64,000 bases of DNA. Origin: Gammaproteobacteria bacterium. Its GTDB lineage: Bacteria; Pseudomonadota; Gammaproteobacteria; JAJDYQ01. Each line of letters opens with the position of its first letter. The stretch's first letter is position 1. The stretch spans positions 49,471 through 113,470 of the forward strand of contig JAPYNQ010000078.1 of NCBI GenBank assembly GCA_028289815.1. The letters are read 5' to 3'. Below the pieces are notes generated by a model. The model saw nothing but the letters and a program-made list of their open reading frames with translations, was not told where the DNA came from and did not search any database. The translations under genes were made by a program, and so were the position numbers. Shown one piece after another: positions 30,118-42,250 of this stretch.

Positions 30118-31455
30118 TCAAGCCATGGTGACGGCCTGTAATCTGTCCATCAGGCCGATTGACTCAAGATCGCGGTCATGTATGCTGATCTCCAGAACCA
30201 TCTGCCCTTGCTCATCGTATGCCTCACTTTGCACGACATTACGCTGATACAGCTCTGCGCGGAGCGCAGATTCTTCAGGTCCCAGCTTTATCCATCCGTG
30301 GTTTTTTTGATTACGGAAAATTTCGGTGAGCGCTTCAAGCAGGTATTCAAGACCATCTGAGTGATAGGCTGATAACCAGATTCTGACAGGCCGGCCTTGT
30401 TTATTACGGTCGATACCGGGGTTACGACTGATCAAATCGGCTTTGTTATAGACCATTAAAACAGGCTGGTCGGCATCCTTGGAAGGTTTGCCCGCGTTGA
30501 CCTCCGTAAGGACTGTCTGCACCTGCATAATACAATCATCACGGTCCTCTCTGGATGCATCAACCACGTGTAACAAAAGATCTGCATCGCGGGTTTCTGT
30601 CAATGTTGAGCGAAATGCAGTCACAAGCTCATGGGGCAAATCCCGGATAAAGCCAACGGTATCCGCCAGAATAATATGCGAACCTCCTTTTAAGTCAACT
30701 CGCCTCAGAGTAGGATCAAGTGTGGCGAATAACTGATCAGCCGCATACACTTTGCCTGATGTCATCTGGTTAAACAGGGTCGATTTGCCGGCATTTGTAT
30801 AACCCACCAAAGCTACGACCGGTGTTTTTGCTTGCTGCCGGGAACTGCGCCCCTGTTCTCGTTGAAGTCTGACCTTTTCTAGGCGTGATATCAGTTTTTT
30901 GATACGCACACTAATCAACCGGTGGTCTGTTTCTAACTGGGCTTCACCAGGACCTCGAAGCCCTATCCCGCCCTTTTGCCTCTCTAGGTGAGTCCAGCCC
31001 CTTACCAGACGGGTGGATAAATGATGTAGTTGAGCCAGCTCTACTTGCAGCTTGCCCTCAAAGCTTCGTGCACGCTTGGCAAAAATACCAAGAATCAAAC
31101 CGGTACGACCCAGCACACGACATTTTAATAGCTTTTCCAGGTTTCTTTCCTGTACTGGAGAAAGCGTATGATTGAATATGACGAGCCCAGCATGAGAAGA
31201 CCGCACTTCAAGTGCAATCTCCTCTGCCTTGCCTTTGCCTGTGAAGTACTTTGGATCGGGCGCGTAACGGGAAGAAACGACTACGCCAGCAATTCTGGCA
31301 CCTGCCGACTCGCATAATTCCCGGAATTCCCGCTGAATATCCTTAAAACGGACGACCCTACCGTAGTTTGAAGAAAACCCAGCCTTCTGGAAGCGGATAT
31401 GCACCAGCAGGGCAAGTTCACCATCCCCGATGTGACTAGGCAAGACCGCCTCCAT
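30118..31455 (-). CDS. hflX: GTPase HflX
   Basis: EGKLQVELAQLHHLSTRLVRGWTHLERQKGGIGLRGPGE..VGYTNAGKSTLFN is near-identical to E. coli HflX motifs. Confidence 0.9.
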   Translation of the reverse strand: MEAVLPSHIGDGELALLVHIRFQKAGFSSNYGRVVRFKDIQREFRELCESAGARIAGVVVSSRYAPDPKYFTGKGKAEEIALEVRSSHAGLVIFNHTLSPVQERNLEKLLKCRVLGRTGLILGIFAKRARSFEGKLQVELAQLHHLSTRLVRGWTHLERQKGGIGLRGPGEAQLETDHRLISVRIKKLISRLEKVRLQREQGRSSRQQAKTPVVALVGYTNAGKSTLFNQMTSGKVYAADQLFATLDPTLRRVDLKGGSHIILADTVGFIRDLPHELVTAFRSTLTETRDADLLLHVVDASREDRDDCIMQVQTVLTEVNAGKPSKDADQPVLMVYNKADLISRNPGIDRNKQGRPVRIWLSAYHSDGLEYLLEALTEIFRNQKNHGWIKLGPEESALRAELYQRNVVQSEAYDEQGQMVLEISIHDRDLESIGLMDRLQAVTMA

Positions 31456-31466
31456 AAAGCATAGTT

Positions 31467-31715
31467 CTAGAAGTTACCTGAACCTCCCTCGTCAAAGTCG
31501 GTTTGAATACGAATGCTTCGTGCAGGTACAACAGTAGAAATTGCGTGCTTGTAGATCATTTGATTTACATTATTTTTCAAAAGAAGAACAAACTGATCAA
31601 AAGACTCAATCTGTCCCTGAAGTTTAATTCCGTTCATCAAAAAAATTGATACAGGTATTTTTTCTTTCCGAAGGGTGTTCAGAAAGGGCTCTTGTAATGA
31701 ATGGCCTTTAGGCAT
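31467..31715 (-). CDS. hfq: RNA chaperone Hfq
   Basis: It shows the Sm motif [31 protein letters not shown]. Confidence 0.95.
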   Translation of the reverse strand: MPKGHSLQEPFLNTLRKEKIPVSIFLMNGIKLQGQIESFDQFVLLLKNNVNQMIYKHAISTVVPARSIRIQTDFDEGGSGNF

Positions 31716-31784
31716 GTGGTAATCTCCGATTAATTATCGTTATCTTGAAGAAGCTATCTCTCATAACTGTCCGGTATCCGGAAC

Positions 31785-32726
31785 TCAAACAAAAATTTTA
31801 CGTATGAAGCATACAGGACTAGCGGAGCCTTGTACATTACTCAGATCAAACCAATTTATGTCCAAAGCGGACCGCAACCAAGTAAGCTGCCGCTTGGCCA
31901 GCTGCCTAGAGGCATGAATGCCTTTAAGCCGGGCCTCTTCTTTGTCGAATTCGCCATCCAGATACTGCCAGATTTGTCGGTAGCCAACACATCTCATAGA
32001 CGGCTTTTCCAGATTAAGGTCTCCTCGCTCCCTCAATCTTTCTACTTCTTCAATAAAACCCTGCTGTAACATATCATTGAAACGCTTTTCAATACGGTGA
32101 TGCAATACCGACCGGTCCCCAGGAGATATCGCTATTTTAATAAAGTCATATGGCAGCCCTACGGATTGATATGCTTTGATCCAATTGGACATGGAGTTAC
32201 CAGTGAGCCGGTAAACTTCCAATGCACGCTGTATCCGTTGCGAGTCATTCGGATGAATTCGGGATGCTGAATCCGGATCAATACATCTCAGCTGGCCGTG
32301 CATTTGTGCCCAGCTCTTTTTCTGAGCCTCACGACATAATCTCTGACGGATTGCTTCGTTGGCTTTTGGTAGATCGGATAATCCATCTGTGAGCGCACGG
32401 TAATATAGCATGGTGCCCCCAACCAGCAAGGGCACTTTACCTCGGGAAAGTATATCCTTGATTAATACTGTGGCGGCGGCAGAAAATTCGGCAACTGAAT
32501 AGAATTCCACAGGGTCACGTATATCAATGAGATGATGGGCGGCACGTCTCAGGATTTCAGCACTAGGTTTGGCTGTACCAATATCCATTTGTCGGTACAC
32601 GAGAGCGGAATCCATGCTGATAATTTCCATATTGAATTTTTCGACCAACTCAATAGCCAGCTCTGTTTTGCCGGCGGCCGTCGGTCCCATCAGCAGAACA
32701 ACTTTTGGCCTAGTTTCCGCGATCAA
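31785..32726 (-). CDS. miaA: tRNA dimethylallyltransferase
   Basis: It has the P-loop [10 protein letters not shown] and the conserved [16 protein letters not shown] motif. The start is ambiguous; a TTG at 32726 is chosen, 11 codons before the P-loop, which overlaps the mutL stop by 17 nt. The long ATG-initiated ORF starting at 32828 would lie inside mutL. Confidence 0.8.
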   Translation of the reverse strand: MIAETRPKVVLLMGPTAAGKTELAIELVEKFNMEIISMDSALVYRQMDIGTAKPSAEILRRAAHHLIDIRDPVEFYSVAEFSAAATVLIKDILSRGKVPLLVGGTMLYYRALTDGLSDLPKANEAIRQRLCREAQKKSWAQMHGQLRCIDPDSASRIHPNDSQRIQRALEVYRLTGNSMSNWIKAYQSVGLPYDFIKIAISPGDRSVLHHRIEKRFNDMLQQGFIEEVERLRERGDLNLEKPSMRCVGYRQIWQYLDGEFDKEEARLKGIHASRQLAKRQLTWLRSALDINWFDLSNVQGSASPVCFIRKIFV

Positions 32727-34509
32727 ATAGCTTATCCAGATCGGTAAGTGCAATCCGGACCCAGGTTGGTCGTCCGTGGCAGCACTGCCCGGACCGTTCT
32801 GTTGCTTCCATATCACGTAACAACGCATTCATCTCCGTGAGAGTTAGTTGGCGATTGGCTCTGACAGAGTTGCGACAAGCCATGGTCGAAAGTAATCTAT
32901 TTATTAGTTCGCTGGTTCGATTGGATGAGCTTGCTGCATGCAAATCTTCTATAACGGCATAAATCAGTTCGGTTAGGTTTTGAGAGTGCAGTAAAACTGG
33001 AATTTCACGCAATAGAAGGCTCTCTTCGCCGCTGATATCAAGCGCTATACCAAGCGACAGTATGATATCCTGGTGCTCCTCAACCAGTGCCGTATCTTTC
33101 GGTGAAACAGAAATACGTTTCGGCACCAGTAATGGTTGTACACGGACATCCTCCTGTTCGAATTGTAATTTAAGACGTTCATAGGTAATGCGCTCATGCG
33201 CTGCATGCATATCCACAATGATCAAACTGTCCTGATTTTGTGCCAGAATATAGATACCGAGGAGCTGAGCCAGTGCATATCCAAGTGGAGGGGTATTCTC
33301 ATCATTGGCTGAGTTGAGTGGGGCAGTAATTTTGGGGTCGGCCTCAGATTGGTCTGTTGTAGTTGATTGACCGTATAGATTATTATAAGAATTGATCGCT
33401 TCCCGAATATTCAGGCTCGCTTGAGTCTTCGGTGATAAATACAAATCAGTTCTACCGGGGGTTTTCGCTGAATTCAACAATGCTTCCGGTTTTACAGAAT
33501 TCTGTTTTCCTGCACGTGTATCGGATAAGGATTTATGTAGACAACGAAAAATAAAATCATGTACGGTACGTCCGTCTCTGAAACGTACTTCATGCTTCGC
33601 CGGATGCGCATTCACATCAACTCGTGAAGGTTCAAGCTTCAGATATAAAACATAGGCAGGAGACCGACCATGAAACAACACATCCGAAAAAGCCTGACGT
33701 ACCGCATGCGTGATGAGCTTATCTTTTACTATGCGCCCGTTCACATAAAAATATTGCTGGTCAGCCTGTGATCTGGAATAGGTTGGCTGGGCAACCCAGC
33801 CTTGCAATGTAAGACCAGATCCTGTGTGTTCCAGATGAATCGCATTTGATGAAAAATCATGCCCTAGAATTTGGGTGATTCTGAATTTTAGATCTTCGGA
33901 ATCATTTGCAATCTTAAAGTCAAATATGGTTTTACCATTATGTGTGAATGAAAACGCTGAAGTCTGATGGCTCAGTGCGAGACGGCGGAACACTTGATCA
34001 ATATGTGAAAACTCGGTTTTTGGGGTGCGCAAAAACTTGCGTCTGGCAGGTACATTATAAAATATGTTATGCGCATCCACCTTGGTTCCGGATGACAGAT
34101 TTGATGGCATAAACTCAGGATGGCTGGATAAACAATCCGACATCTTCCAGGCATGTTCATCATTTTTGTGTTTTGAAGTTAGCTCAAAACGGGAAACCGC
34201 AGCAATACTGGCGAGTGCCTCTCCTCTAAATCCCAAAGAGTGAATTGCGCTGAGGTCATCTAGTTCTGATATTTTACTGGTCGCATGACTGGCGACAGCC
34301 AGACTAAGCTCCGATTTGGGGATACCATGACCATCGTCACGTACCTGTATAAGACGGATTCCCCCCTCTGATATGCTGACATCAACTCGGTTAGCGCCTG
34401 CATCCAAGCTATTTTCCATCAGCTCCTTAACAACGGAAGCGGGGCGCTCAATTACCTCACCCGCAGCAATCTGGTTTATGAGATCAGGAGATAACTGGCG
34501 GATAGGCAT
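32710..34509 (-). CDS. mutL: DNA mismatch repair protein MutL
   Basis: It has the GHKL ATPase N-terminus ([30 protein letters not shown]) and a C-terminal dimerisation domain. Confidence 0.9.
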   Translation of the reverse strand: MPIRQLSPDLINQIAAGEVIERPASVVKELMENSLDAGANRVDVSISEGGIRLIQVRDDGHGIPKSELSLAVASHATSKISELDDLSAIHSLGFRGEALASIAAVSRFELTSKHKNDEHAWKMSDCLSSHPEFMPSNLSSGTKVDAHNIFYNVPARRKFLRTPKTEFSHIDQVFRRLALSHQTSAFSFTHNGKTIFDFKIANDSEDLKFRITQILGHDFSSNAIHLEHTGSGLTLQGWVAQPTYSRSQADQQYFYVNGRIVKDKLITHAVRQAFSDVLFHGRSPAYVLYLKLEPSRVDVNAHPAKHEVRFRDGRTVHDFIFRCLHKSLSDTRAGKQNSVKPEALLNSAKTPGRTDLYLSPKTQASLNIREAINSYNNLYGQSTTTDQSEADPKITAPLNSANDENTPPLGYALAQLLGIYILAQNQDSLIIVDMHAAHERITYERLKLQFEQEDVRVQPLLVPKRISVSPKDTALVEEHQDIILSLGIALDISGEESLLLREIPVLLHSQNLTELIYAVIEDLHAASSSNRTSELINRLLSTMACRNSVRANRQLTLTEMNALLRDMEATERSGQCCHGRPTWVRIALTDLDKLFDRGN

Positions 34510-34698
34510 ATTGTCAGATCAGATAGCCAAGTAGAAAACACTTTTGCACTGCTTTGGAGAATACGGTTTTTATTTTACAGCCTGTCAATAGCAGCACCAC
34601 AGTTTTTACGGTAGTCGCCAAGATCAGAAGAGTCTGTAAAAGTAGCTTCATTACTTCTCTGGTTAAGTGATTTTCAAATCAAAATATTGATTACTAGG

Positions 34699-36591
34699 CT
34701 ACAAATTATCTTCGTGTACAACAACAGTTGCAGTTTCACGCATAGCGGTTACGACGCTTTGTGCCTCGCTTGCCGCATAACGTTGACTTAGTTCCTGGAC
34801 TAAAAGCTCATTTGCTGTTTCGGGCAACATAATTCCGTTTAACGAAACCACCCCATATTTACCATCAGACAGAGGTATGGCAGCTATCGAGACAATGTTT
34901 CCGGTGGGGGCCGGCATTTTAAATACTTCCGATAGCATTCCCGCGGGCAGAGACAGGTCGTCACGTCCAGTTGGTCCGGGAGACTCCAACGCTAAATCGT
35001 GTTGTTTGGCAAGCTCTTCAAAAGAGTTGCCATTACGTACCTTTTCGGTCAACTCATGGGCGAGTTCGTGGACTTTCGTATCAATGGCGGCAGCCTTCGC
35101 ACTGGATATTGCCTGTTCCTTGACATCATTAAACGGCAGTACCGTCGCTTCCCGGTAGTCCGTCACACGTATAATGACAGCATCATTCCTGTCAACTTCA
35201 ATTGGTTCGCTGTTGCCTCCAGCACGCAATCGTTCACTAAACGCTTCACGTAGTACATCAGGGCTACTTTCAATGCCGAGGCCCTTGTTCTCCCGACTAA
35301 CCCAGTCTGTCGTCTGTAATGGAATCCCTAAAGCCTCTGATACTGGGAGCAGTGAATCCTGGCTTTCGTAGCTGAGTTCGGCCATATGCTCAGACACGTC
35401 ATAGAAAAGCTCGATAGCCTCCTGTTCTGCATAGCTTTGCGTAAGTTCCTGCCTGACTTCATCAAAAGATTTCTCTTCTCTTTCAATGATTTCATCGAGG
35501 CGGATAAAGTGATACCCAAAGCTGGTACGTACCGGGTCACTGATCTCGCCGGGTTTGCTCATAGTAAACAGAGCCGTTTCAAACGGCTTTACCATCATTC
35601 CAAGAGCGACTTGACCAAGATCACCGCCTGCAGACGCGGAACTCGGGTCATCTGAATACTGGTGTGCAAGTTCCTCAAAATCCTCGCCGGCACTCAGCTT
35701 ATCTTTCACGATATTGAATTTTTCAAGGATATTGGCGGAACTCTCAAGCGACTCACCTTCAGGTAGAGCAATGAGTATATGGCTGGCCTTACGTTGCTCA
35801 TCAACAATATAACGATCAGAGTTCTCCTCATAGTGTCTGCGCAGATTATTATCTGTAAGCTCCGCTCGATCAGTGAGCTGAGAAGCAGATACTCGAAGAT
35901 ATTCAAGCTTAACCTGATCTGGTCTTTGGAACTCATCTTTATGAAAGTCATAGTAAGCCCGAGCACTGTCTTCACTGATAGTAATGTCATCGGGAAAGAA
36001 GTCTCTGTTGATTACAATGTAACTGATGTCACGCTTATGGACTGACAGATCATTGAGGCGTTTTGCCTCCGTGCGTGTGGTGAAGTTGCTCGCCCTTATC
36101 ATTCTCGGGAGAATCGTCAAAATACGCTCTTGACGCAAGAACTGCTCATATCGAGCAGGGGTAAACCCTTGTTGTCCGATGCGGGACCGATATTCATTGA
36201 AATCAAATTGTCCGGCTTTCTGAAAGCTTGGGTCGGATTGAATGGTCAGTGCCAGTTCGTCATCACTCACATGAATGTTATGATCTTCAGCAAGCCTTCG
36301 CAGCAGTGCTTCTTCAATTAAAATATTTACAGTTTGGTGCTGCAGTTGAGGGTCAAATATGCGAGGATTGTAGTCTGCTCCCAGTTGTTGTTGTACGTCT
36401 TGCCGGCGCAGCTGATAGCGTCTTTGATATTCTCTCTGTTCAATGGAAATATCGCCTACTTCTGCGACTATGATGGTTCGTTCTGGTGTCCCGAAATCTG
36501 TAATCCCTATTATTGCAAAAGGAACACCTATCAGAATTACGATGCCCCAAGCAACCCAACCAACCAGCCTGTCTCGTATAGATTGCAGCAT
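34699..36591 (-). CDS. ppiD: Periplasmic chaperone / peptidyl-prolyl isomerase PpiD
   Basis: It has an N-terminal TM anchor, a SurA-like chaperone region and a parvulin-type PPIase segment (GGDLGQV...FGYHFIRL). It sits downstream of hupB, as in E. coli. Confidence 0.8.
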   Translation of the reverse strand: MLQSIRDRLVGWVAWGIVILIGVPFAIIGITDFGTPERTIIVAEVGDISIEQREYQRRYQLRRQDVQQQLGADYNPRIFDPQLQHQTVNILIEEALLRRLAEDHNIHVSDDELALTIQSDPSFQKAGQFDFNEYRSRIGQQGFTPARYEQFLRQERILTILPRMIRASNFTTRTEAKRLNDLSVHKRDISYIVINRDFFPDDITISEDSARAYYDFHKDEFQRPDQVKLEYLRVSASQLTDRAELTDNNLRRHYEENSDRYIVDEQRKASHILIALPEGESLESSANILEKFNIVKDKLSAGEDFEELAHQYSDDPSSASAGGDLGQVALGMMVKPFETALFTMSKPGEISDPVRTSFGYHFIRLDEIIEREEKSFDEVRQELTQSYAEQEAIELFYDVSEHMAELSYESQDSLLPVSEALGIPLQTTDWVSRENKGLGIESSPDVLREAFSERLRAGGNSEPIEVDRNDAVIIRVTDYREATVLPFNDVKEQAISSAKAAAIDTKVHELAHELTEKVRNGNSFEELAKQHDLALESPGPTGRDDLSLPAGMLSEVFKMPAPTGNIVSIAAIPLSDGKYGVVSLNGIMLPETANELLVQELSQRYAASEAQSVVTAMRETATVVVHEDNL

Positions 36592-36669
36592 AAGAATTTC
36601 TCTATGAGAGGTTATCGTAATAATAATTCAGATATAAAAAATACTAGGCAACTATCAATGTTTTTCACA

Positions 36670-36746
36670 TGGCGGAGCGGACGGGACTCGAACCCGCGAC
36701 CCCCGGCGTGACAGGCCGGTATTCTAACCAACTGAACTACCGCTCC
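36670..36746 (-). tRNA. tRNA-Asp (anticodon GTC)
   Basis: The reverse complement GGAGCGGTAGTTCAGTTGGTTAGAATACCGGCCTGTCACGCCGGGGGTCGCGGGTTCGAGTCCCGTCCGCTCCGCCA is near-identical to E. coli tRNA-Asp. Confidence 0.9.
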
Positions 36747-36934
36747 GGATATCGACTTCAAGTGAAACTCTGATCAAGTCAGAGTTCCCTGCAATACTAA
36801 GGATATCGCCAAGATCAATGGCTTGGAATCGAATGAGGATTCGCCATTGACCTTGACGAGAAAACAAAAATTACATTTTTGTTTTTTGCACTCTGACAGA
36901 CCCGAAATGGAACTGTCCAGATCTTCCTTAGTAC

Positions 36935-37010
36935 TGGTGGGCGCTGCAGGGATCGAACCTGCGACCCTCGCCTTGTAAGGGCGATGCTCTCCCAGCTGAG
37001 CTAAGCGCCC
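36935..37010 (-). tRNA. tRNA-Val (anticodon TAC)
   Basis: The reverse complement GGGCGCTTAGCTCAGCTGGGAGAGCATCGCCCTTACAAGGCGAGGGTCGCAGGTTCGATCCCTGCAGCGCCCACCA. Confidence 0.9.
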
Positions 37011-37063
37011 GCTTGGAAGCCATTACTCATTGATAAACGACATGACTTCCATAAAAGAAGAAG

Positions 37064-37336
37064 TTAGTTTACGGCATCTTTCAGGGTTTTACCAGCCTTA
37101 AATACCGGGACCTTCGAGGCCTTGATTTCTATTTCGGCTCCCGTTCGCGGATTACGTCCCATACGTGCGGCTCGTTCTCTGATCAAAAACGTACCAAAAC
37201 CTACCAACGTAATCGGATGACCGCCCTTCAGTTCATTTGTTACCGTATCTATAACGGCATCAAGAGCACGTCCAGCATCAGCTTTGGATAGATTAGCAGC
37301 TTTTGCAACCGCATCAATCATTTCTGTTTTATTCAT
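37064..37336 (-). CDS. hupB: DNA-binding protein HU-beta
   Basis: [37 protein letters not shown]...GFGTF is the HU signature. Confidence 0.9.
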   Translation of the reverse strand: MNKTEMIDAVAKAANLSKADAGRALDAVIDTVTNELKGGHPITLVGFGTFLIRERAARMGRNPRTGAEIEIKASKVPVFKAGKTLKDAVN

Positions 37337-37476
37337 ATCATTCCTCAAGTTTTTTAGTGAGTATTAAATGTGCTCCTCAGAGGGATCTCATCTTCCTTGC
37401 CTGAGAATATGCTCTAAGAAAGCCTAACTATGCACGCCCCCCGTGATTGTACAGAAATTCAAACGAAAAGAAGCTG

Positions 37477-39915
37477 CTAATGTGCGGTAACTTGCCCACG
37501 TTTCGGAGATTTCTTGCTTTTCGCTTTACTAATCGGGGGTTCTGTCTTATCCGCGGGTACGGGCAAATGTTCAAGTGCCGTCTCCAGCACTTGATCTATC
37601 CATTTGACGGGCCTGATATCAAGACCGTCTTTAATATTGTCCGCAATATCCGCCAGATCTTTCTGATTCTCATCAGGGATCAGAACAATTTTAACTCCGC
37701 CACGAGATGCCGCCAGTAATTTTTCCTTCAGGCCGCCAATAGGCAGTACCTCGCCTCGTAGAGTGATCTCGCCTGTCATGGCAACATCAGCTCGAGCTGG
37801 TATATTGGTTAAAGCCGAAACTATAGCGGTGCACATCCCAATACCGGCACTCGGTCCATCTTTTGGCGTAGCTCCCTCAGGTACATGGATGTGAACATCA
37901 TGTTCTTGGTAAAAGTCATTTTTTATGCCGAGACTGTCGCACCGCGACCTGACAACCGTCATCGCCGCTTGTATGGACTCCTGCATAATATCACCGAGCT
38001 GACCGGTATTGGCAAACTTTCCTTTTCCTGATACAATGGCAGCCTCTATATGTAATAGCTCACCGCCAACTTCTGTCCATGCTAGGCCAGTGACCTGCCC
38101 AACTCGATTGGAGTTTTTAGCCTCGCCGTAGCGAAACTTCTTCACGCCCAAGTATTTTTCAAGCATGTCGGGAGTAACTGCAAGCCGTTCATGCAGAGGT
38201 TCAGTAATCAGTTCCTTAACGACTTTGCGGCAGATCTTGCTAAATTCACGCTCCAGATTGCGCACGCCGGCTTCTCGTGTGTAGTAACGAATGGTATCGA
38301 GCACAGATTCCTTAGTTATTTTTAGTTCGTCTTCCTCAAGGCCATTCGCTTTAAGCTGTTTTGGTATGAGGTAACGCTCGGCAATATGCTGCTTCTCATC
38401 CTCGGTATAACCTGCGAGGCGAATAACTTCCATACGGTCCAGTAACGGTCCCGGGATATGCAGTGTATTGGAAGTTGCAATAAACATCGTATCCGATAAA
38501 TCAGTGTCCACTTCCAGATAATGATCATTGAATGCGTTATTTTGCTCCGGGTCCAGTACCTCCAGCAAGGCAGAAGAGGGATCGCCACGAAAATCAATGG
38601 ACATCTTATCAATCTCATCAAGCATGAAAAGAGGGTTTCTCGTCTTAACCTTGGACAGATTCTGCACAATTTTTCCAGGCATAGAACCGATATATGTCCT
38701 TCGATGGCCACGAATCTCAGCTTCGTCACGCACGCCGCCAAGAGACATGCGGACAAACTTGCGGTTTGTTGCTCTGGCAATGGATTTGCCTAAAGAGGTC
38801 TTACCAACCCCCGGAGGGCCTACCAAGCAGAGTATTGGCCCTTTCAGTTTCTTAACACGTTGCTGTACGGCCAAGTACTCAATAATACGGTCTTTCACTT
38901 TTTCCAGAGCATAGTGGTCGGTGTCAAGAGTCTCCATTGCTTCCTTGAGATCATTGCTGACTTTGGTTTTCTTGCGCCATGGAAAACTGACCAGCTGATC
39001 AATATAGTTGCGAACGACGGTTGCCTCCGCAGACATTGGTGACATCATCTTTAACTTATTCAATTCGGATACTGCTTTTTCTTCAGCCTCTTTGCTCATC
39101 CGGGCTGTTTTAATTTTTTGTGCCAGCTCCTCAATCTCACTGGGTGCATCCTCTATTTCACCCAGTTCTTTCTGAATCGCCTTCATTTGCTCATTCAGAT
39201 AGTATTCACGTTGGCTTTTTTCCATCTGCTGTTTCACGCGACCACGTATGCGTTTTTCCACTTGCAGCATATCAATTTCATCTTCAATCATTAACAGCAG
39301 ATGTTCCAAGCGTACTTGTACTTCAAAGATTTCAAGTATCCGCTGCTTTTCTTCAAGTTTGAGAGGCATATGTGCGGCAATGGTGTCGGCGAGCCTCCCA
39401 GGTTCTTCAATACCTGATAATGAAGTTAATATGTCAGGCGGAATTTTTTTGTTGAGTTTCGCATACCGACCAAACAATTCGACAATTGAACGCGTTAAAA
39501 CTTCTTCCTCGCGCACATCTTCAAAATCTTCCTGATCCTCTATCTGGATCTGTACTGAGAAGAGATCGCTGGTTGTAACATATTCAACGATATTGACACG
39601 TTGCCCGCCTTCAACCAGCACCTTAACTGTACCATCAGGTAGTTTTAACAGTTGCAATATCGTAGCGAGCGTACCGATACGGTACATATCCTCAATGGAG
39701 GGCTGGTCAACATCTGCGTTTTTTTGCGCTACCAGAAGAATTTGCTTGTTACCAGCCATTGCTATATCAAGGGACCGAATAGATTTTTCACGACCGACAA
39801 AAAGTGGGATGACCATGTGCGGATACACGACCACATCGCGAAGAGGTAACACTGGGATACCTTGCTTAATATTTTCGTTGGTTTTCAGCTGGTTAGATCT
39901 ATCTTTTTTTACCAT
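37477..39915 (-). CDS. lon: ATP-dependent Lon protease
   Basis: The N-terminus [31 protein letters not shown], the AAA+ Walker [10 protein letters not shown] and the proteolytic serine motif DGPSAG are all present. Confidence 0.95.
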   Translation of the reverse strand: MVKKDRSNQLKTNENIKQGIPVLPLRDVVVYPHMVIPLFVGREKSIRSLDIAMAGNKQILLVAQKNADVDQPSIEDMYRIGTLATILQLLKLPDGTVKVLVEGGQRVNIVEYVTTSDLFSVQIQIEDQEDFEDVREEEVLTRSIVELFGRYAKLNKKIPPDILTSLSGIEEPGRLADTIAAHMPLKLEEKQRILEIFEVQVRLEHLLLMIEDEIDMLQVEKRIRGRVKQQMEKSQREYYLNEQMKAIQKELGEIEDAPSEIEELAQKIKTARMSKEAEEKAVSELNKLKMMSPMSAEATVVRNYIDQLVSFPWRKKTKVSNDLKEAMETLDTDHYALEKVKDRIIEYLAVQQRVKKLKGPILCLVGPPGVGKTSLGKSIARATNRKFVRMSLGGVRDEAEIRGHRRTYIGSMPGKIVQNLSKVKTRNPLFMLDEIDKMSIDFRGDPSSALLEVLDPEQNNAFNDHYLEVDTDLSDTMFIATSNTLHIPGPLLDRMEVIRLAGYTEDEKQHIAERYLIPKQLKANGLEEDELKITKESVLDTIRYYTREAGVRNLEREFSKICRKVVKELITEPLHERLAVTPDMLEKYLGVKKFRYGEAKNSNRVGQVTGLAWTEVGGELLHIEAAIVSGKGKFANTGQLGDIMQESIQAAMTVVRSRCDSLGIKNDFYQEHDVHIHVPEGATPKDGPSAGIGMCTAIVSALTNIPARADVAMTGEITLRGEVLPIGGLKEKLLAASRGGVKIVLIPDENQKDLADIADNIKDGLDIRPVKWIDQVLETALEHLPVPADKTEPPISKAKSKKSPKRGQVTAH

Positions 39916-40129
39916 TAAGTATTATCTCTTTTATTTAGAGTTGAAAGATAGCTATAACTATAAAATTTGATGACAATAATGATCCCGCGAAATACATTGA
40001 AAGTCACGAGATTCATGTTTTAATCCATGCGTTATACTGCTTCGCTGCTATGTTTCTCAATATCTTTCCCCGTAACACATTGTGCTTCAATTACACGAAC
40101 TGGCTTAACTGGTTCAAATAGTACATTAG

Positions 40130-41413
40130 CTATTGATGCTGTGAAGAAACGAGCTGCTTGGATTCCTCCACACGTTCATACATGATATAAGGCGGGGAAT
40201 CCCCCTTAACCACAGTCTCATCTACAATGACTTTACTGACATTTTCCAGAGTTGGCAGGTCGTACATAGTGTCTAAAAGGACCTTTTCAAGGATGGTTCT
40301 CAAACCACGTGCGCCGGTCTTCCGTTCCATAGCTTTTTTTGCGACAGCACGCAGGGAATCTTCCCTGAGGTCAAGCTCAACATTTTCCATCTCGAATAGT
40401 TTACCATACTGTTTGGTGATAGCGTTTTTGGGTTCGGTCAGAATTTTGACCAGCGCGTCTTCATTAAGCTCCTGTAAGGTCGCGATAACCGGCAAACGTC
40501 CTATAAATTCCGGTATCAGCCCGTAACCAATAAGGTCTTCGGGTTCGACGGACTCTATTATCTCACCAAAATTACGTTTTTCGTCTCTGGTCTTCACTTC
40601 GGCTGAAAAACCTATCCCGGTTTTGTCAGTTCGGTTGCGGATAACTTTATCAAGGCCGGCGAATGCGCCGCCACAAATAAACAGAATGTCGGTGGTATTA
40701 ACCTGCAGAAACTCCTGCTGAGGATGCTTTCGCCCTCCTTGTGGTGGGATAGATGCTATGGTGCCTTCAATTAGCTTTAACAGTGCCTGCTGAACGCCTT
40801 CACCAGATACATCACGAGTAATGGATGGGTTCTCGGATTTACGGGATATTTTGTCAATCTCATCAATATAGACTATTCCTGTTTGGGCCTTATCCACGTC
40901 ATAGTCGCACTTCTGCAGTAGCTTTTGGATAATATTTTCAACATCTTCACCTACATATCCGGCCTCCGTCAATGTAGTTGCATCAGCTATGGTGAAAGGT
41001 ACATCCAGCATCTTGGCTAAACTTTCAGCGAGCAGAGTTTTACCAGATCCGGTAGGTCCGATAAGGAGGATGTTGCTTTTACTGAGCTCAATGTTGTCTT
41101 GCTTGTCAGCGTCTTTGACTTCGAGTCGCTTATAGTGATTATAAACAGCAACGGAAAGAACTCGCTTGGCGCATTCTTGACCGATCACATAGTCATCAAG
41201 ACTGGCTTTGATTTCATGAGGCCGTGGAAGCCGCCCGCCCTCAATGGGTTTATTTTCCATCTCCTCACGAATAATATCGTTGCAAAGCTCCACGCATTCA
41301 TCGCAGATAAAGACAGATGGCCCGGCAATCAGCTTACGAACCTCATGTTGGCTTTTGCCGCAAAATGAACAGTAGAGAGGCTTGTCGTCGTTCTTAAATT
41401 TACCTTTACTCAT
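40130..41413 (-). CDS. clpX: ATP-dependent Clp protease ATP-binding subunit ClpX
   Basis: It has the zinc-ribbon N-terminus [11 protein letters not shown]...CDEC and the Walker A GPTGSGKT. Confidence 0.95.
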   Translation of the reverse strand: MSKGKFKNDDKPLYCSFCGKSQHEVRKLIAGPSVFICDECVELCNDIIREEMENKPIEGGRLPRPHEIKASLDDYVIGQECAKRVLSVAVYNHYKRLEVKDADKQDNIELSKSNILLIGPTGSGKTLLAESLAKMLDVPFTIADATTLTEAGYVGEDVENIIQKLLQKCDYDVDKAQTGIVYIDEIDKISRKSENPSITRDVSGEGVQQALLKLIEGTIASIPPQGGRKHPQQEFLQVNTTDILFICGGAFAGLDKVIRNRTDKTGIGFSAEVKTRDEKRNFGEIIESVEPEDLIGYGLIPEFIGRLPVIATLQELNEDALVKILTEPKNAITKQYGKLFEMENVELDLREDSLRAVAKKAMERKTGARGLRTILEKVLLDTMYDLPTLENVSKVIVDETVVKGDSPPYIMYERVEESKQLVSSQHQ

Positions 41414-41582
41414 GCGAACCCGTCATACACCTGAAAACAGCTACTAAATGTTAAAAAGCTCGGTAATCTAATCCGAACACCACAAAATTGCACTCCAGCT
41501 AGTATTGCCCAGTAATAGCTGAGACCCTATCATAAAATTCGGTACGGAGGCAAAGGAGATTTAGGCCTGTTTCCAGCTTTCT

Positions 41583-42209
41583 CTAGCGGGCCAGCATAAC
41601 CTGGTCTACAAGACCATAATCCTTCGCTTCCTCAGCGCTCATAAAGTTGTCACGATCAGTGTCATGTTGAATCTTTTCCAAATTCTGACCGGTATGGTTT
41701 GCCAGAACCCTATTCAATCGCTCTCGAATCAGTAGAATTTCCTTGGCATGAATATCAAAATCCGAGGCCTGTCCTTGGAAGCCGCCCAGAGGTTGGTGGA
41801 TCATAACTCGCGAATGTGGCAAAGAGTACCGTTTACCTGCTGCGCCACCGGCCAGCAATACAGCTCCCATACTGGCTGCTTGGCCAATACACATGGTGCT
41901 GACATCAGGTGTTATAAACTGCATTGTATCGTAAATTGCCAAACCAGACGAAACTGCGCCACCGGGAGAATTGATATAAAAGTGAATATCCTTATCTGGG
42001 TTTTCCGCCTCCAGAAACAGTAGCTGAGCCACAATCAGGTTGGCTGAATAATCCTCAATCGATCCAACCATGAAGATCACTCGCTCCTTTAACAGGCGAG
42101 AGTATATATCGTATGAACGCTCTCCTCTGGAGGTCTGTTCAACCACTATCGGAACGAGATTCAGGTTTTGAGTACCTTGTGCGCCCTGTTTATCTAACCA
42201 GTCTTTCAT
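41583..42209 (-). CDS. clpP: ATP-dependent Clp protease proteolytic subunit ClpP
   Basis: [28 protein letters not shown]... [10 protein letters not shown] (catalytic Ser) is near-identical to E. coli ClpP. The start is at the internal Met. Confidence 0.9.
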   Translation of the reverse strand: MKDWLDKQGAQGTQNLNLVPIVVEQTSRGERSYDIYSRLLKERVIFMVGSIEDYSANLIVAQLLFLEAENPDKDIHFYINSPGGAVSSGLAIYDTMQFITPDVSTMCIGQAASMGAVLLAGGAAGKRYSLPHSRVMIHQPLGGFQGQASDFDIHAKEILLIRERLNRVLANHTGQNLEKIQHDTDRDNFMSAEEAKDYGLVDQVMLAR

Positions 42210-42250
42210 ATTGATGCCTTTGATCGTGCTATTCTTACAAAGAAGCAAAT

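Noticed and set aside
38322-39042. Several 60-150-aa ORFs on both strands inside lon
   Set aside because: They are fully nested in or antisense to the Lon coding sequence, with no motifs.
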